A program made the position numbers and the translations under genes. A stretch of DNA of 51,088 bases, from IMG/VR virus record IMGVR_UViG_3300042196_000046, positions 1 to 51,088 of that record. The stretch is one strand, 5' to 3'. This document shows positions 8,377-18,647 of the stretch, piece after piece. How positions within the stretch are numbered: the first letter of the stretch is position 1; each line of letters opens with the position of its first letter. Below the pieces are notes generated by a model. That model did not search any database. It was not told where the DNA came from and was given only the letters and a program-made list of their open reading frames with translations. Origin of the DNA: a virus (taxonomy: Duplodnaviria > Caudoviricetes).

Positions 8377-10485
8377 ATGGCCTACCTGACCGTCTCGGAC
8401 TTCAAGGCTGGGCTCGACGCGCGCCGCCCGGACTATGCCACCGACGAGGGCAGCCTGGTCGAGCTCGAGAACGCGCACGTCACCGCTGGCGGCGACATCG
8501 AGGGCCGCAAGGAGTTCGTGCTGCGCTTCCCGGCCGTCACCGGCATGGTTGGGCTGCACGCCAAGGGCGACTCGATCCAGACCTTCGGCACCACCGCGAT
8601 CGCCTCCGGCAGCGTCCCCGCCGGCCAGTATTACGCTCAGCTCACGCACCCGGACGCCGCTGCGATGAGCCGCGTTCTGGACACTGAGAACTTCGGCAAG
8701 AACGTCTATGTCATTGCTGAGTTCGATGATGGGTCGCTCTGGCACTACTATGCCGGGGCGCTCACAGACCACGACTTGGCCGTGCGAGAGAGCGCGGACA
8801 ATACCACCGTAGCGGAGTGGCTGTCACGGAAGATTAACACCAACCCCCATCTTAAGTCATACTCGCGCGCCGGATCGCGCTTCTATATCCAAGGCACGCC
8901 TGGGCTTAACTTCACCGCCACGCCGTCTGTCGTGACCTACGCCGGCGGAACCAGCAACCCCACGCTGACCGCTACAGTCTTGCGGAGCGCGGTCGCTGCT
9001 GGCGCCGGCGCTGTGGCGAAGTGCAGCTTTCGCGTCACCGCCGGCTCTGAGGGGCACGCCCATCTAATCACGGGCGTCACTCTCAATGGCGTCGACATCC
9101 TTGGGGCTCATGTTCCGTATCAAGTGGATGATGAAACCACGGCACAGGCTGTTGCGGATCAGATCACTCGCTTTACTTCGTCCTCCGAGTACGGAGCCGG
9201 CGCTATTCTCGACACCGTGATTATCACTTCTCCGGTTAATAGCACCGTATATAATGGGCATGCTCTCGTCGTCACGACTTCAGGCAGTGTTGCTGTCTCA
9301 TATCTTATTAATCCAATGGCAGACGGCGCCAATCCAACACCGGCCGTGTCCAAGATTTACGCAATTGACGTTGGGGTGCGGTCAATTGGCGGGGCTAATA
9401 CGTGGGACATCATCGGCCACGATCAGTTTATCGTGGCCATTACTGGCACGTCCGATAACGATACATACCGCTCAACGATGCAGGCTTCGGTCACTGGTCG
9501 ATTTGTTCGCGCTCACCTTGGCAAGATGTACACGATCAATGGTCGTGAGCTGTGGTTCTCTGAAACGGACGACGTGACCGACTGGACTACCGGGACATCT
9601 TCTGGTTTCATTGCGGCTTCTAACCAGACCTCGGCTGTGGAGGAGTTGACCGGGCTGGGCATCTATCAGAACAGCTTGGTAATCTTCGGTTCGCAGAACA
9701 TTCAGATATGGCGAGTGGACCCCGACCCTGCCGAGTACGCTTTGCTGCACATCCTGCCCAATACAGGCACCCTTGCTCGTAGGGCTGTGGTCGCTTACGG
9801 CAACAACGACGTTCTGTATCTTGCGCCCAGCGGCATCAGGTCGATCCGGTCAAGGGAGGTGTCCGGAACTCCATACGCCAACGACATTGGCAATCCCATC
9901 GACTCGCTGATCCGGGGCAAGCTGGATGAGGCCGGCGGGCGCGAATACTACAACGCCTTCTCCGTCGTGAACCCGCTGGACGGGCGTTTCTGGTGCGCCG
10001 TCTATGACACCATTTACGTTCTGAGCCACTACCCGGATAAGCGCATCGTGGCTTGGTCGGTCTATCCGATGTCGGCAAAGATCCTGGGCATGGTGGCCAC
10101 CAGCGAAAGCGTCTTCGTCCAGCTGGCCGGCGGCGACATCTACCAGTACGGCGGGGAGTGGGGAGACACCTACCCGGCGGCGGGCGCTGCCGACGTGACG
10201 GTGCGGCTGCCGTTCTTGACGGCCGGCAAGCCGGCTCACGAGAAGGCCCTGAATGGCCTGGATATTATGGCCGAGGGCGTCTGGAGCGCCGAGGTCCGCC
10301 TCAACCCGGAGGACGACAGCGTTGTGACCGGGCCGCTGCGCACGCAGCGCCTGTTCACCGGCTTGACGCGCATCCCCCTGGCCGGGCGCACGACGCACTT
10401 CGCGCCGGTCCTGACAGCCTCCCGTGGCGGCCAGGTCACGCTCTCGAGCCTGACGATCCACTATACGATGGGCGAAGCCGAGTGA
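8377..10485 (+). CDS. Tail nozzle / DNA-stabilisation protein with internal insertion
   Basis: DFKAGLDARR start, beta-propeller-like repeats (LWFSE, GTLARRAVVAYGNNDVLYLAPSGIRS, AWSVY); follows the adaptor. Confidence 0.75.
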   Translation: MAYLTVSDFKAGLDARRPDYATDEGSLVELENAHVTAGGDIEGRKEFVLRFPAVTGMVGLHAKGDSIQTFGTTAIASGSVPAGQYYAQLTHPDAAAMSRVLDTENFGKNVYVIAEFDDGSLWHYYAGALTDHDLAVRESADNTTVAEWLSRKINTNPHLKSYSRAGSRFYIQGTPGLNFTATPSVVTYAGGTSNPTLTATVLRSAVAAGAGAVAKCSFRVTAGSEGHAHLITGVTLNGVDILGAHVPYQVDDETTAQAVADQITRFTSSSEYGAGAILDTVIITSPVNSTVYNGHALVVTTSGSVAVSYLINPMADGANPTPAVSKIYAIDVGVRSIGGANTWDIIGHDQFIVAITGTSDNDTYRSTMQASVTGRFVRAHLGKMYTINGRELWFSETDDVTDWTTGTSSGFIAASNQTSAVEELTGLGIYQNSLVIFGSQNIQIWRVDPDPAEYALLHILPNTGTLARRAVVAYGNNDVLYLAPSGIRSIRSREVSGTPYANDIGNPIDSLIRGKLDEAGGREYYNAFSVVNPLDGRFWCAVYDTIYVLSHYPDKRIVAWSVYPMSAKILGMVATSESVFVQLAGGDIYQYGGEWGDTYPAAGAADVTVRLPFLTAGKPAHEKALNGLDIMAEGVWSAEVRLNPEDDSVVTGPLRTQRLFTGLTRIPLAGRTTHFAPVLTASRGGQVTLSSLTIHYTMGEAE

Positions 10486-10931
10486 TCATCAAGCCGTACA
10501 GCTTGAACGATGCGGTCTATGTCGCTGAATGCATGCGGGAATGGAACCGGCAGGAATGGTTGGCGCTGTCCTGGTCCGGCAACCCGTTCGACATGGCCCG
10601 GCTGGTTGCCGGCCCGATGGCGCGCGTGGTCCTGGACGGAGCGTTGCCCGTCGCGGTGTTCGGCGCCAGCGCCGTCCATCCAGGCGTGTGGCAGGCATGG
10701 GCCTTCTCGACCGACGAGTTCCCGCGCGTCGTGCGGTCTCTGACAAAGGCCTTCCGGCGTGATATGCTGCCGGCCCTGAAGCACATTGGCGCGCACCGGA
10801 TCGAGGTCCGGTCGCTGGCCGGCTCTGATGTTGTCGACCGATGGCTGCGCTGGCTCGGTGCCGAGCGCGAATGCACGTTGCGCCGATACGGGCGGAACGG
10901 CGAGGACTTCCACCTCTACGCTTGGACCTGA
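10482..10931 (+). CDS. GNAT-like acetyltransferase / tail assembly protein
   Basis: GTG start overlapping the nozzle stop; MREWNRQE, GVWQAWAF, RWLRWLGA...YGRNGEDF; typical position before ejection proteins. Confidence 0.7.
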   Translation: MIIKPYSLNDAVYVAECMREWNRQEWLALSWSGNPFDMARLVAGPMARVVLDGALPVAVFGASAVHPGVWQAWAFSTDEFPRVVRSLTKAFRRDMLPALKHIGAHRIEVRSLAGSDVVDRWLRWLGAERECTLRRYGRNGEDFHLYAWT

Positions 10932-10934
10932 TGG

Positions 10935-11546
10935 ATGGGCACGCCCAGCTTTGAGGCGAAAAAGGCTCGCGAGAACGAGGCAGAGCGCCAGCAACGCATC
11001 CGCGACAGCCGGACGGCGGTCGATGAGGCGTTGTCGCAATTCGCTCCCGGGTCCGGCTTTTTCAACGACGTCCGTCAGGACTACCTGCAGTATTACCGCC
11101 CCCAGGTCAAGCAGCAGTTCGGGCGTGCCACCGACCAGCAGCAATTCGCGCTCCAGCGTCGCGGACTCGGCAACTCGTCGACCGGCGTCGAACAGTACGG
11201 TCGTCTGCTGGAGGACTACAACAAGCGCTTGGTCGACATCTCCAATGCCGCCAAGGACTTCGCCGGCAACAAGCGGCAGGAAGTCGAAGGCACGCGCCAG
11301 GATCTCTACAATCTGGCGCAAGGCGCGGCCGACCCCTCTGCTGCCGCGGCGTCCGCCGCGACCCGCGCCGCCGCCCTGACGGCGCCGCCGGCTTACAACC
11401 AGCTGGGCGACTTGTTCGCGCGCTTCGTCAACACCGGCGCCGCCGGCGTCCAGGGGTATGGACAGGCCGGCGGCTTCTACCCGCAGCAGCCGAATTATGC
11501 GCAATACGCTCGACCCCAGAGCAATAGCGTAAGGTACAGCAACTGA
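10935..11546 (+). CDS. Internal virion / ejection protein
   Basis: Q/A-rich helical protein with ALQRRGLGNSS motif; position. Confidence 0.65.
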   Translation: MGTPSFEAKKARENEAERQQRIRDSRTAVDEALSQFAPGSGFFNDVRQDYLQYYRPQVKQQFGRATDQQQFALQRRGLGNSSTGVEQYGRLLEDYNKRLVDISNAAKDFAGNKRQEVEGTRQDLYNLAQGAADPSAAAASAATRAAALTAPPAYNQLGDLFARFVNTGAAGVQGYGQAGGFYPQQPNYAQYARPQSNSVRYSN

Positions 11547-12211
11547 TGGGCGCGATGGCTCTTGCGGGGATTGGTGCGGCGGCTTCGATCGGGAGCGTGC
11601 TCGCGAAGCAGAAGCAGCAGTCCGAGATCAAACAGGCTCAGGGCCAGGCTTTGGGCTCCGAGCGCCGCCGTCAGGGCGAATATGAGGAGGAGGCGGGCGC
11701 CGAGTTCGCGAAGGCGCTCGCCGGCTTCCAAGGCACGCGGCAGGCTGACTTGCAGACTGGCGCCGTCCAGCAACGATCGAACCAGCTGCAGGGCGCGCTC
11801 ACCACGCCGACCGCAGCGCCTTCGCCCAACGCGCCGCGAGTCGTGCAGACCGCGCTCGCCCGGCGCATCCAGGAAGCTATCGGCGAGGGCCGCGACCACG
11901 CCAAGCGCACCGCCCGCCTGGGCGCCTACGGCGATCGGTCGCTCGAGAACTCGATCAACCTTGCGCGCTCCGGCTCGATCCTGGGCATGCTCGGCAATTT
12001 CTCGGCCGGCAGTTCCGGCGTCCTGCCGTGGGAGCTCCAGGCGGCCCTCGGCGAGGGGCAGCAGTGGGGCACCTTCGGGGACATCCTGGGGGCGATCGCG
12101 CCAGTGGCTGGCGCCGCTGGCGGCGCTGCTGCGGCCGGGAGTGGCGGCGCTGCCGCGGGCGGAACCCCGGCCACGATCCGCGGGCCGGGCGGCGTGGCCC
12201 GACCGTACTGA
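11546..12211 (+). CDS. Internal virion / ejection protein
   Basis: G/A-rich hydrophobic N- and C-termini flanking a coiled coil. Confidence 0.65.
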   Translation: MGAMALAGIGAAASIGSVLAKQKQQSEIKQAQGQALGSERRRQGEYEEEAGAEFAKALAGFQGTRQADLQTGAVQQRSNQLQGALTTPTAAPSPNAPRVVQTALARRIQEAIGEGRDHAKRTARLGAYGDRSLENSINLARSGSILGMLGNFSAGSSGVLPWELQAALGEGQQWGTFGDILGAIAPVAGAAGGAAAAGSGGAAAGGTPATIRGPGGVARPY

Positions 12212-12223
12212 GGAGCGACAGCC

Positions 12224-13798
12224 ATGCCCATGGCGAACCCCTACGGCGCTTCGACGCCGATCGGCCAGTCCATCTACAACCTGGGCATGGCGTTCCTGAA
12301 CAATCGGCCCAGCCCGATGCAGATTCGGGAGAAGCAAGCCGATGCGGCCTATCGGGAGGCCATGACGCAGAAGGCGCTGGCGGACACGCGGGCCACGCAG
12401 CAGGAAGCCGCCGGCCCCGGGGCCTTGGCCGAGGTAGTGCGGCGCGCGATGGCGCCGCGGGAGCTGCCGCGCCCGGACCCCGGCTTCGCCGGCCCCATGC
12501 CAATGGGTAACGTCCCGATCGAGCAAGGCTTAACCGCCGAGGCGCCCGCGCTGCTCGAGGCGCTGTCGTCCATGGGCGACACGGGCCAGCTGGGCGACGT
12601 GATGCTGGCGCTGATCGCCAACTCTGGCGGGGGCGACGAGGCCAAGGCCAATGCGCTGCTCGGGTCCGGTAAGGCGCTTGGCGTGAACCAGTCGGTCGGC
12701 ATCGGGGACCGCGAGGCAGTGCGCGGCGCCAACGCGGAGAACTCGCTGGCCAAGGCCATGGGCGTCGTTGGCGCCCAGCAGGCCGGCGCGCTCGACCGGA
12801 CCAACGCCCAGCAGGCTGGCACCATGGACCGGCTGATCTACACCACCGAGCGCAAGCCGGTCTCGGTCAGTGCGGGCGCGACCGCGTTCCTGCCGCCGGC
12901 ACACCCGCTGGCCGGCGAAGGCCCGCTGCGCGGCGCGCCCACGAAGGCGACGGTGCAGGGCGGCCTGCTGGGCGAGCACTTCGGGGACTTGATGGGTCTC
13001 GAGCCCGAGCAACAGAAGGCCTTGGGGGCGTACATCGATCCATCGTCCGCGGGCACGCCGCGCAATTACCTCACGGCCGAGGGGCAGCAGGGCATCACCC
13101 TGGACGGCATGAGCGACGCGGCGACGGGCGAGCCGATCCCCCAGGGCAGCACGGTGTTCACCGGCCAGGTGCAGCCGGATGACGTCAGCGGGCTCACCAC
13201 CGCGACGAAGACCGGCGTCCAGCAGCAGGGCATCGCGCTCAACGAGTTCAGCGACATGCTGGGCGAACTGCGCGAGGTGGCGGGTAGCGATCCCACGTTG
13301 TTCGGCGTGGCGGGCAACGTGCGCCGCGGCGCCCAAGCGCTCGGCCAGCAAGCCCAGAACCTCGGCCTGTTGCTCGGCCGCGACTTCGACCAGGAGCTGG
13401 GGGAGGCGGCGGCGGCGTTCGGCGGCACGGTCGATCCGAACGCTTTCGACCCGAACCTGACGGACATCCAGAAGCTCGCCACGCTTACGGCGTACCGCGC
13501 CGCCGCCGCGCTCGCGGCGCAGTCGGGCCGTGGTCTGTCTGACAAGGACTTCCAGAACTTCCGCCAGGTGATCGGTGATCCGACGTCCTGGACGGCCTCG
13601 CAGCCGGCCTTCATGGCGGGGCTCAACCGGGTTGAGCGCATGGTCGCCCAGAGCTTGACGCGCAACCAGGCGCTCCAGTCTGGCCAGCCCGCGCCGACTC
13701 CGGCTGCCGCAGAGACGCCCGCCCAGGCGCCGCCAGCGGCAGCCCCGCCGCCACCGCCCGGCGACGTCGAAGAGATCCTGAAGCGATACGGCCTGTGA
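12224..13798 (+). CDS. Internal virion / ejection protein
   Basis: 524 aa, A/G/Q-rich, GRGLSDKD motif; AGGAG SD. Confidence 0.65.
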   Translation: MPMANPYGASTPIGQSIYNLGMAFLNNRPSPMQIREKQADAAYREAMTQKALADTRATQQEAAGPGALAEVVRRAMAPRELPRPDPGFAGPMPMGNVPIEQGLTAEAPALLEALSSMGDTGQLGDVMLALIANSGGGDEAKANALLGSGKALGVNQSVGIGDREAVRGANAENSLAKAMGVVGAQQAGALDRTNAQQAGTMDRLIYTTERKPVSVSAGATAFLPPAHPLAGEGPLRGAPTKATVQGGLLGEHFGDLMGLEPEQQKALGAYIDPSSAGTPRNYLTAEGQQGITLDGMSDAATGEPIPQGSTVFTGQVQPDDVSGLTTATKTGVQQQGIALNEFSDMLGELREVAGSDPTLFGVAGNVRRGAQALGQQAQNLGLLLGRDFDQELGEAAAAFGGTVDPNAFDPNLTDIQKLATLTAYRAAAALAAQSGRGLSDKDFQNFRQVIGDPTSWTASQPAFMAGLNRVERMVAQSLTRNQALQSGQPAPTPAAAETPAQAPPAAAPPPPPGDVEEILKRYGL

Positions 13799-16584
13799 CC
13801 GAGATCGAACGTCTGTCCGAAGGCATCCGCCGGGCCGACGCGGCCGGCGACGCCGACGCTGTGCGCGCGCTCGGGACGCGGCTGCGGGCACTGCAGGCAG
13901 AGCCGGCTGCCCCGCCGCCCGCCGACTCCGGCACGATCCGGCCCGACGCTCCCGCCCAGCCTGCCCAGCCCTCTTTGCTCGCCCAGGCCGGTCGCAAGCT
14001 GATGCTAGGCACGCAGTCGGTCGGGCGCGGCCTCGCCGGCTTGGTGGGCATGCCTGTCGATCTGGCGTCCATCCCGGTCAACGCTGCCCTGTCGGCCTTC
14101 GGCCGCGAGCCGGTGCAGCCCGTGGGCGGCAAGGAATCGATCGCCCGCATGTTTGAGTACGGCGCGGAGCAAGGCATCGGTGCCGGCCAGCTCCCCGAGC
14201 CAGAGACCGCTGGCGAGCGCATTACCGGGCTGATGGGTGAGCTGGGCACCGAGGCCCTGGGCGGCGGCGGACTGTTGGCGCGGCTGGCGCAGACAGGTCG
14301 GATCAACGACGCCACGCGCGTGGTTGGCCCGATTGCTGAGGCTTACAAGACCGAGCCCGGCATGGCTCTGACGCGCGATCTGGCGGCGGGTGTCGGCGCC
14401 GGCGGCGCTATGGGCGCCGAGCGAGAGGTTGTTCCGCAAGATCAGTGGTACAGCCCGATTGCCGACATGCTCGCCGGCCTGTTCGGCGGCGTGGCTGGGA
14501 CGGCGACCGCTGCCGGTCCACGCGCCACGGCGGACGCCGGCAAGCGAGCCTTCGATCGCTTCGCGCACGACCCCAATATCTCGCCGGACCCGGAGACGCA
14601 TCTGCGCCCGCACCGTGCAGCGTCGCGATCGGCCGCCGAAGTCTCCCAGAACCGAGCAGTCGACCCCGAAGCGGCGGCCCAGCGTATCGATGAAGCGGCG
14701 GACTTCTCGCGGGCCGAAGGCCTGCCCATGCCCACGTCCGGCCTGGTGTCGGACGATGAGGGGCTGATCGCGCTTGAGCGCCGCCAGCGCCTGAGCGACC
14801 CCGTGCCGTTCCACCGGCGCGATCGCGAGGTGAGGACGGCCGCCGGCGAGCAGCTACGCTCTGTGCGCCCGGAAGGCCCGGTCGATCCAGGGCTGCCCGG
14901 ACAAGAGGCGCGGCGCCAGGTCGATGTGAAGCGCGGCGCTGCCGAGCAGCAAGTGGCCGGGGCCAAGACCGCTGTGGCTGGGGCGGAGCGTGCCGAGCAA
15001 GACATCGGCATCGCAGCCCGGTCCAGGGGCGAGCTCGCCGACGACGCCAGCAAGCGGCTTGACGAAGCCGTGGTCGAGAAGACCATGCGGCCGACGCAGT
15101 CCGAACAGCGCCGGCTCTACGAGGAGATCCCGGACGACCTGGAGCTAGACGCCACGCCTCTGGTCGACGCGGCCCGCAAGGTGCGCGAAGGCGCCCCCCA
15201 GGGGCTCAAGGGGCCATCGCTCGATCCGTTCGACGAGGGCGCCTTCGTGCGGACGGCCGAGGACGGCACGGAGCAGATCGGCTCCATCTCGTCGAAGTCC
15301 CTCAAGGCTTACCGCTACACCTTGCAGGACGCGATCGACTCGGCGCACGCCAAGGGCGACATCGACCGCGAGCGCGCCCTGAAGGAGATCAAGCGCGTCG
15401 CGACCGGCATGCTGGATGATCTGCCGGAGTCGCAGACGGCGGTCCAGTTCACCCGCGAGCAGATCGGGCCGAAGTTCGGCCAGGGCGAGGGCGGCCGCCT
15501 GCGCGACGAGATCAACCGGGACGACCTGGCGCGCAGCAAGACGCCGCCCACCAAGACCGCTGGGCGCTTCCTGAAGCCGGGAGCCGGCGGCGAAGAAGTG
15601 GCGACCGATCTGCGGCGCATCCTGGGCGGGTCCGAGGCCGAGGGTGGCGGCAAGGCGGCGGCACGCGACTATGTGCTGTCGGATCTGGCCAAGGTGGTCG
15701 GCCGTGATGGCGTGGTGGACCCGCGCGCGCTGCGGACATGGGCCGCCAACCGACAGGGGATGTTCAAGGCATTCCCAGAGATCAAGGCTGAGGTCGACGT
15801 GATGCTGCGCGATGTCGTGGCGAAGCGCGCGACCAAGGAGCGCCTGCAGCAGGAGCTCGAGGCTCGGGTTGGCGACATGCATCGCACCGAGCGCGAGATC
15901 CGCGACTCGGCCCTGAGTCTAATTCTGGACAAAGACCCTGGCAAGGCTGTGGGCTCCGTGTTCGCCTCGGGCAATCCCGACAAGGCCATGGCTGAGATCG
16001 CGGCCAAGCTGGGCGGCAACAAGCAGGCGGCCAAGGGGTGGAAGGCGGCGGTCGCCGACTACCTGGAGCACAAGGTCACCAACACCACGACCGGCCAGAC
16101 CCTGGACGCCTCCGATCCGGTGTCCTGGGCCAAGGCGCATCGGTTCTTCAAGGACCATCAGAAGACGCTGGCGCGCGTCTTCGACCCCGAGGAGATGCAG
16201 GCCTTGATGCGGGTCAACCGCCTGCTGGAGCCCTACACGCGCGCCGGCATCCAGGCAACGCCGGGCTCCCCCACCGCCGAGAACCTTAACGCGTTGCTGA
16301 AGCCGATCGAGGTGGTGGCGCGCTGGAGCGTGGGCCATCTGCGCGCCGGCGGCATCATGCGGTCGGTGCGCCTGACCCTGGCGTCCATCCCGGGCCTGAG
16401 CGAGCGCGCCGGCGCCGAGCGCCTGCTGCACCGCATGCAGCTCGAGCCGGACTTGGCCGCTCACCTCTTGCGCGCGCCGACCAACCTCAAGGGGCGGCCT
16501 GCCTGGAATGCCAAGCTACGCCGGTATCTGGTCGCATCCGAAGCCGCCCAGGTCAAGGGCGAGGAAGACGCCGAGAACGAATAG
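13795..16584 (+). CDS. Large internal virion / DNA-transfer protein
   Basis: 929 aa helical protein with RRADAAGDADAVRALG N-terminus and GSPTA near the C-terminus; last of the ejection cluster. Confidence 0.7.
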   Translation: MTEIERLSEGIRRADAAGDADAVRALGTRLRALQAEPAAPPPADSGTIRPDAPAQPAQPSLLAQAGRKLMLGTQSVGRGLAGLVGMPVDLASIPVNAALSAFGREPVQPVGGKESIARMFEYGAEQGIGAGQLPEPETAGERITGLMGELGTEALGGGGLLARLAQTGRINDATRVVGPIAEAYKTEPGMALTRDLAAGVGAGGAMGAEREVVPQDQWYSPIADMLAGLFGGVAGTATAAGPRATADAGKRAFDRFAHDPNISPDPETHLRPHRAASRSAAEVSQNRAVDPEAAAQRIDEAADFSRAEGLPMPTSGLVSDDEGLIALERRQRLSDPVPFHRRDREVRTAAGEQLRSVRPEGPVDPGLPGQEARRQVDVKRGAAEQQVAGAKTAVAGAERAEQDIGIAARSRGELADDASKRLDEAVVEKTMRPTQSEQRRLYEEIPDDLELDATPLVDAARKVREGAPQGLKGPSLDPFDEGAFVRTAEDGTEQIGSISSKSLKAYRYTLQDAIDSAHAKGDIDRERALKEIKRVATGMLDDLPESQTAVQFTREQIGPKFGQGEGGRLRDEINRDDLARSKTPPTKTAGRFLKPGAGGEEVATDLRRILGGSEAEGGGKAAARDYVLSDLAKVVGRDGVVDPRALRTWAANRQGMFKAFPEIKAEVDVMLRDVVAKRATKERLQQELEARVGDMHRTEREIRDSALSLILDKDPGKAVGSVFASGNPDKAMAEIAAKLGGNKQAAKGWKAAVADYLEHKVTNTTTGQTLDASDPVSWAKAHRFFKDHQKTLARVFDPEEMQALMRVNRLLEPYTRAGIQATPGSPTAENLNALLKPIEVVARWSVGHLRAGGIMRSVRLTLASIPGLSERAGAERLLHRMQLEPDLAAHLLRAPTNLKGRPAWNAKLRRYLVASEAAQVKGEEDAENE

Positions 16585-16585
16585 C

Positions 16586-16614
16586 TTGCAATCCGCCTGT
16601 GGATAATGTAGGTT
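16586..16614 (+). promoter_or_regulatory. Putative sigma70 promoter of accessory cassette
   Basis: TTGCAA-N17-TAGGTT, followed by CGACA-N4-CGACA (16626-16639). Confidence 0.5.
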
Positions 16615-16656
16615 TCGCCAGCGTTCGACACTCTCGACAACCGCGAGGAGAGCAAG

Positions 16657-17043
16657 ATGCGTCACATGACAATCGCAGTCCTGGCCCTCCTCGCGGTGTT
16701 GATGGTCACCTGTTCGCCGGCATATGCCCAGGACGCTCCGCCCGACCCACCCAAGACGCCCTGCATGGTGGGCGTGGCGCCGGACTCGATCGAAGCGCGC
16801 TTTCCGCCCAACACGCCGCGGCACAGTTTCGACCTGGACGAGCTGGCACCGTTGTCCGCCCTGTGGGCCAGTCGGAACCGTCCGACCCTGCCTTTCTCAC
16901 TCGACGCCGTGACGGTGTACGAGGTGCCGGGTCGGCCCTACATCCTCGGCTACCAGCACGCCGGCTGCATCGTCGCCCTTCTCGCCATGGACCGCGAGAA
17001 CTTCTTCCAGCTGTTGCGGCCTGTCATCGGTTGGCAGGCGTGA
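16657..17043 (+). CDS. Secreted hypothetical protein
   Basis: GAGGAG SD; signal peptide ending AYA-Q. Confidence 0.7.
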   Translation: MRHMTIAVLALLAVLMVTCSPAYAQDAPPDPPKTPCMVGVAPDSIEARFPPNTPRHSFDLDELAPLSALWASRNRPTLPFSLDAVTVYEVPGRPYILGYQHAGCIVALLAMDRENFFQLLRPVIGWQA

Positions 17044-17086
17044 ACGGCGGCCACTTCCACTTGCGATCGTGCGCTGGGGCGATCTG

Positions 17087-17533
17087 ATGGCGCCCGGCTA
17101 CGTCGCGAGCGACGACTACCAGGGGCCGGATCGGCGCGCGCGCGAGCGCGGCGTCGCCGCAGCTGTGCGCTCAGCATACGACGTCGGCTCCATCTTCCGC
17201 GGCGCCGTCCAGATCATCGTCGTGCTGGCGGCCGGGCTGTGGGCCTGGAACTCGCTCGAGAACACCGTGGCAAACAGCCGTGATCGCATCGTGGCGCTCG
17301 AGGCTGTCAGCAGGGAACGCACCACGCTGCTCGTGCAGTTGCCGCTGCTCTCGCAGACCGTGGAGAGCCTGAAGAAATCGACTGAGGAACTCGGCTCCAA
17401 GTTGGCGGTGACTGACGATCTGAGCAAGGCGCTCGCGACGCTCACCGAGCGGATCGAATGGCTCCGCGCCACGGTCGCTCGGCTCGACCAGAGCCTGAGC
17501 CGGCAGGAACGCCAGGAACCAGGTGGGCAGTGA
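17087..17533 (+). CDS. Membrane-anchored coiled-coil protein (holin/spanin-like?)
   Basis: YQGPDRR motif, one TM helix (IIVVLAAGLWAW), long coiled coil. Confidence 0.6.
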   Translation: MAPGYVASDDYQGPDRRARERGVAAAVRSAYDVGSIFRGAVQIIVVLAAGLWAWNSLENTVANSRDRIVALEAVSRERTTLLVQLPLLSQTVESLKKSTEELGSKLAVTDDLSKALATLTERIEWLRATVARLDQSLSRQERQEPGGQ

Positions 17534-17603
17534 TGAGCCCGCCCGCAGCGCAGTCCGTCGCGCCCAACCGATAAACCCCGTCAACTGCCACGGAGCCTAC
17601 ATC

Positions 17604-18641
17604 GTGCCAACGCCCCCGCTTGGCGACGAGGCGATCAACGCTGCCCTACGGGCGCTCAAGGCATGTGGCGGCAACGCGACTGCCGCCGCAGCCCAGCTCG
17701 GCATCGCCCGCTCGACCTTCCAGAACCGCATCCGCCGGGCCGCCAACCCGCCAGCAGAGCCCGAGGCGCCAGAGCCCACCCTGGCCGACCGGTACGGCGC
17801 CCCTCCCCCGCCAGCCTTCGTGCACGGCCCCTGTCTCGAGTACGTCAGCAGGCCGGACAACACCTTCCTGTTCGGCGCCGTGGGCGACAACCACGCCGGC
17901 AGCAAGTACGAGCGCCAGGACGTCATCGAAGACCTCTACACGCGCTTCGAGCGCGCGCGGGTCGATCGGGTGTTCCACACCGGCAACTGGATCGAGGGCG
18001 AGAGCCGCTTCAACAAGCACGAGATCACCGTCCGCGGCCTGGACGCCCAGGTGCGCCATCTGGTCGACACCTACCCCCGCCGCGGCGGGATCGTGACCTA
18101 CGCCGTCCATGGCGACGACCACGAGGGTTGGTATGGCCAGCGCGAAGGCGTCGACATGGGCCGGTACTGCGAGCACCGGATGCGCGATGCCGGCCGGCAT
18201 GATTGGGTCGACCTGGGATTCATGGAGGCCTTCGTCCGGCTCCGCAACGCCAACACCGGCAAGAGCTCGGTCTTGGCGATCGTCCACCCTGGCGGAGGCA
18301 GCGCCTACGCGCTCAGCTACGCAATCCAGAAGATCGTCGAGTCCCTGGACGGTGGCGAGAAGCCAGCGGTGGGGCTCTATGGCCACTATCACAAGCTGTG
18401 GGCGGGAAACATCCGCAATGTCTGGTGTGTCCAGACCGGGTGCTCTCAAGATCAGACCACCTTCATGCGTAAGAAGCGACTGGAGGCTCACGTCGGCGGT
18501 GTCTTGGTCGGCCTCGAGCAAGACCCGGAGACGGGCGCGATCATCTCCATGACGCCTCAGCTGATCCGCTACTTCAACCGTGGCTACTACAACAACCGAT
18601 GGTCGATGGCGGGCGACGTGTCCCTGCCTCGCCGGAGCTGA
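17604..18641 (+). CDS. Calcineurin-like metallophosphoesterase with N-terminal Fis-type HTH
   Basis: GNATAAAAQLGIARSTFQNRIRR HTH; GDNH, HTGNWIEG, GDDH, HPG, GHYH metal motifs; GTG start after GGAG. Confidence 0.85.
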   Translation: MPTPPLGDEAINAALRALKACGGNATAAAAQLGIARSTFQNRIRRAANPPAEPEAPEPTLADRYGAPPPPAFVHGPCLEYVSRPDNTFLFGAVGDNHAGSKYERQDVIEDLYTRFERARVDRVFHTGNWIEGESRFNKHEITVRGLDAQVRHLVDTYPRRGGIVTYAVHGDDHEGWYGQREGVDMGRYCEHRMRDAGRHDWVDLGFMEAFVRLRNANTGKSSVLAIVHPGGGSAYALSYAIQKIVESLDGGEKPAVGLYGHYHKLWAGNIRNVWCVQTGCSQDQTTFMRKKRLEAHVGGVLVGLEQDPETGAIISMTPQLIRYFNRGYYNNRWSMAGDVSLPRRS

Positions 18642-18647
18642 AGGCTT

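Noticed and set aside
8369-8379. Additional sRNA target at the nozzle start (GAGCTGACA); also GGAGCTGA near 18634 and GGAGCTGAC near 25996
   Set aside because: Only 8-9 nt matches, plausible by chance in 51 kb; the last is inside a CDS. Not counted as targets.
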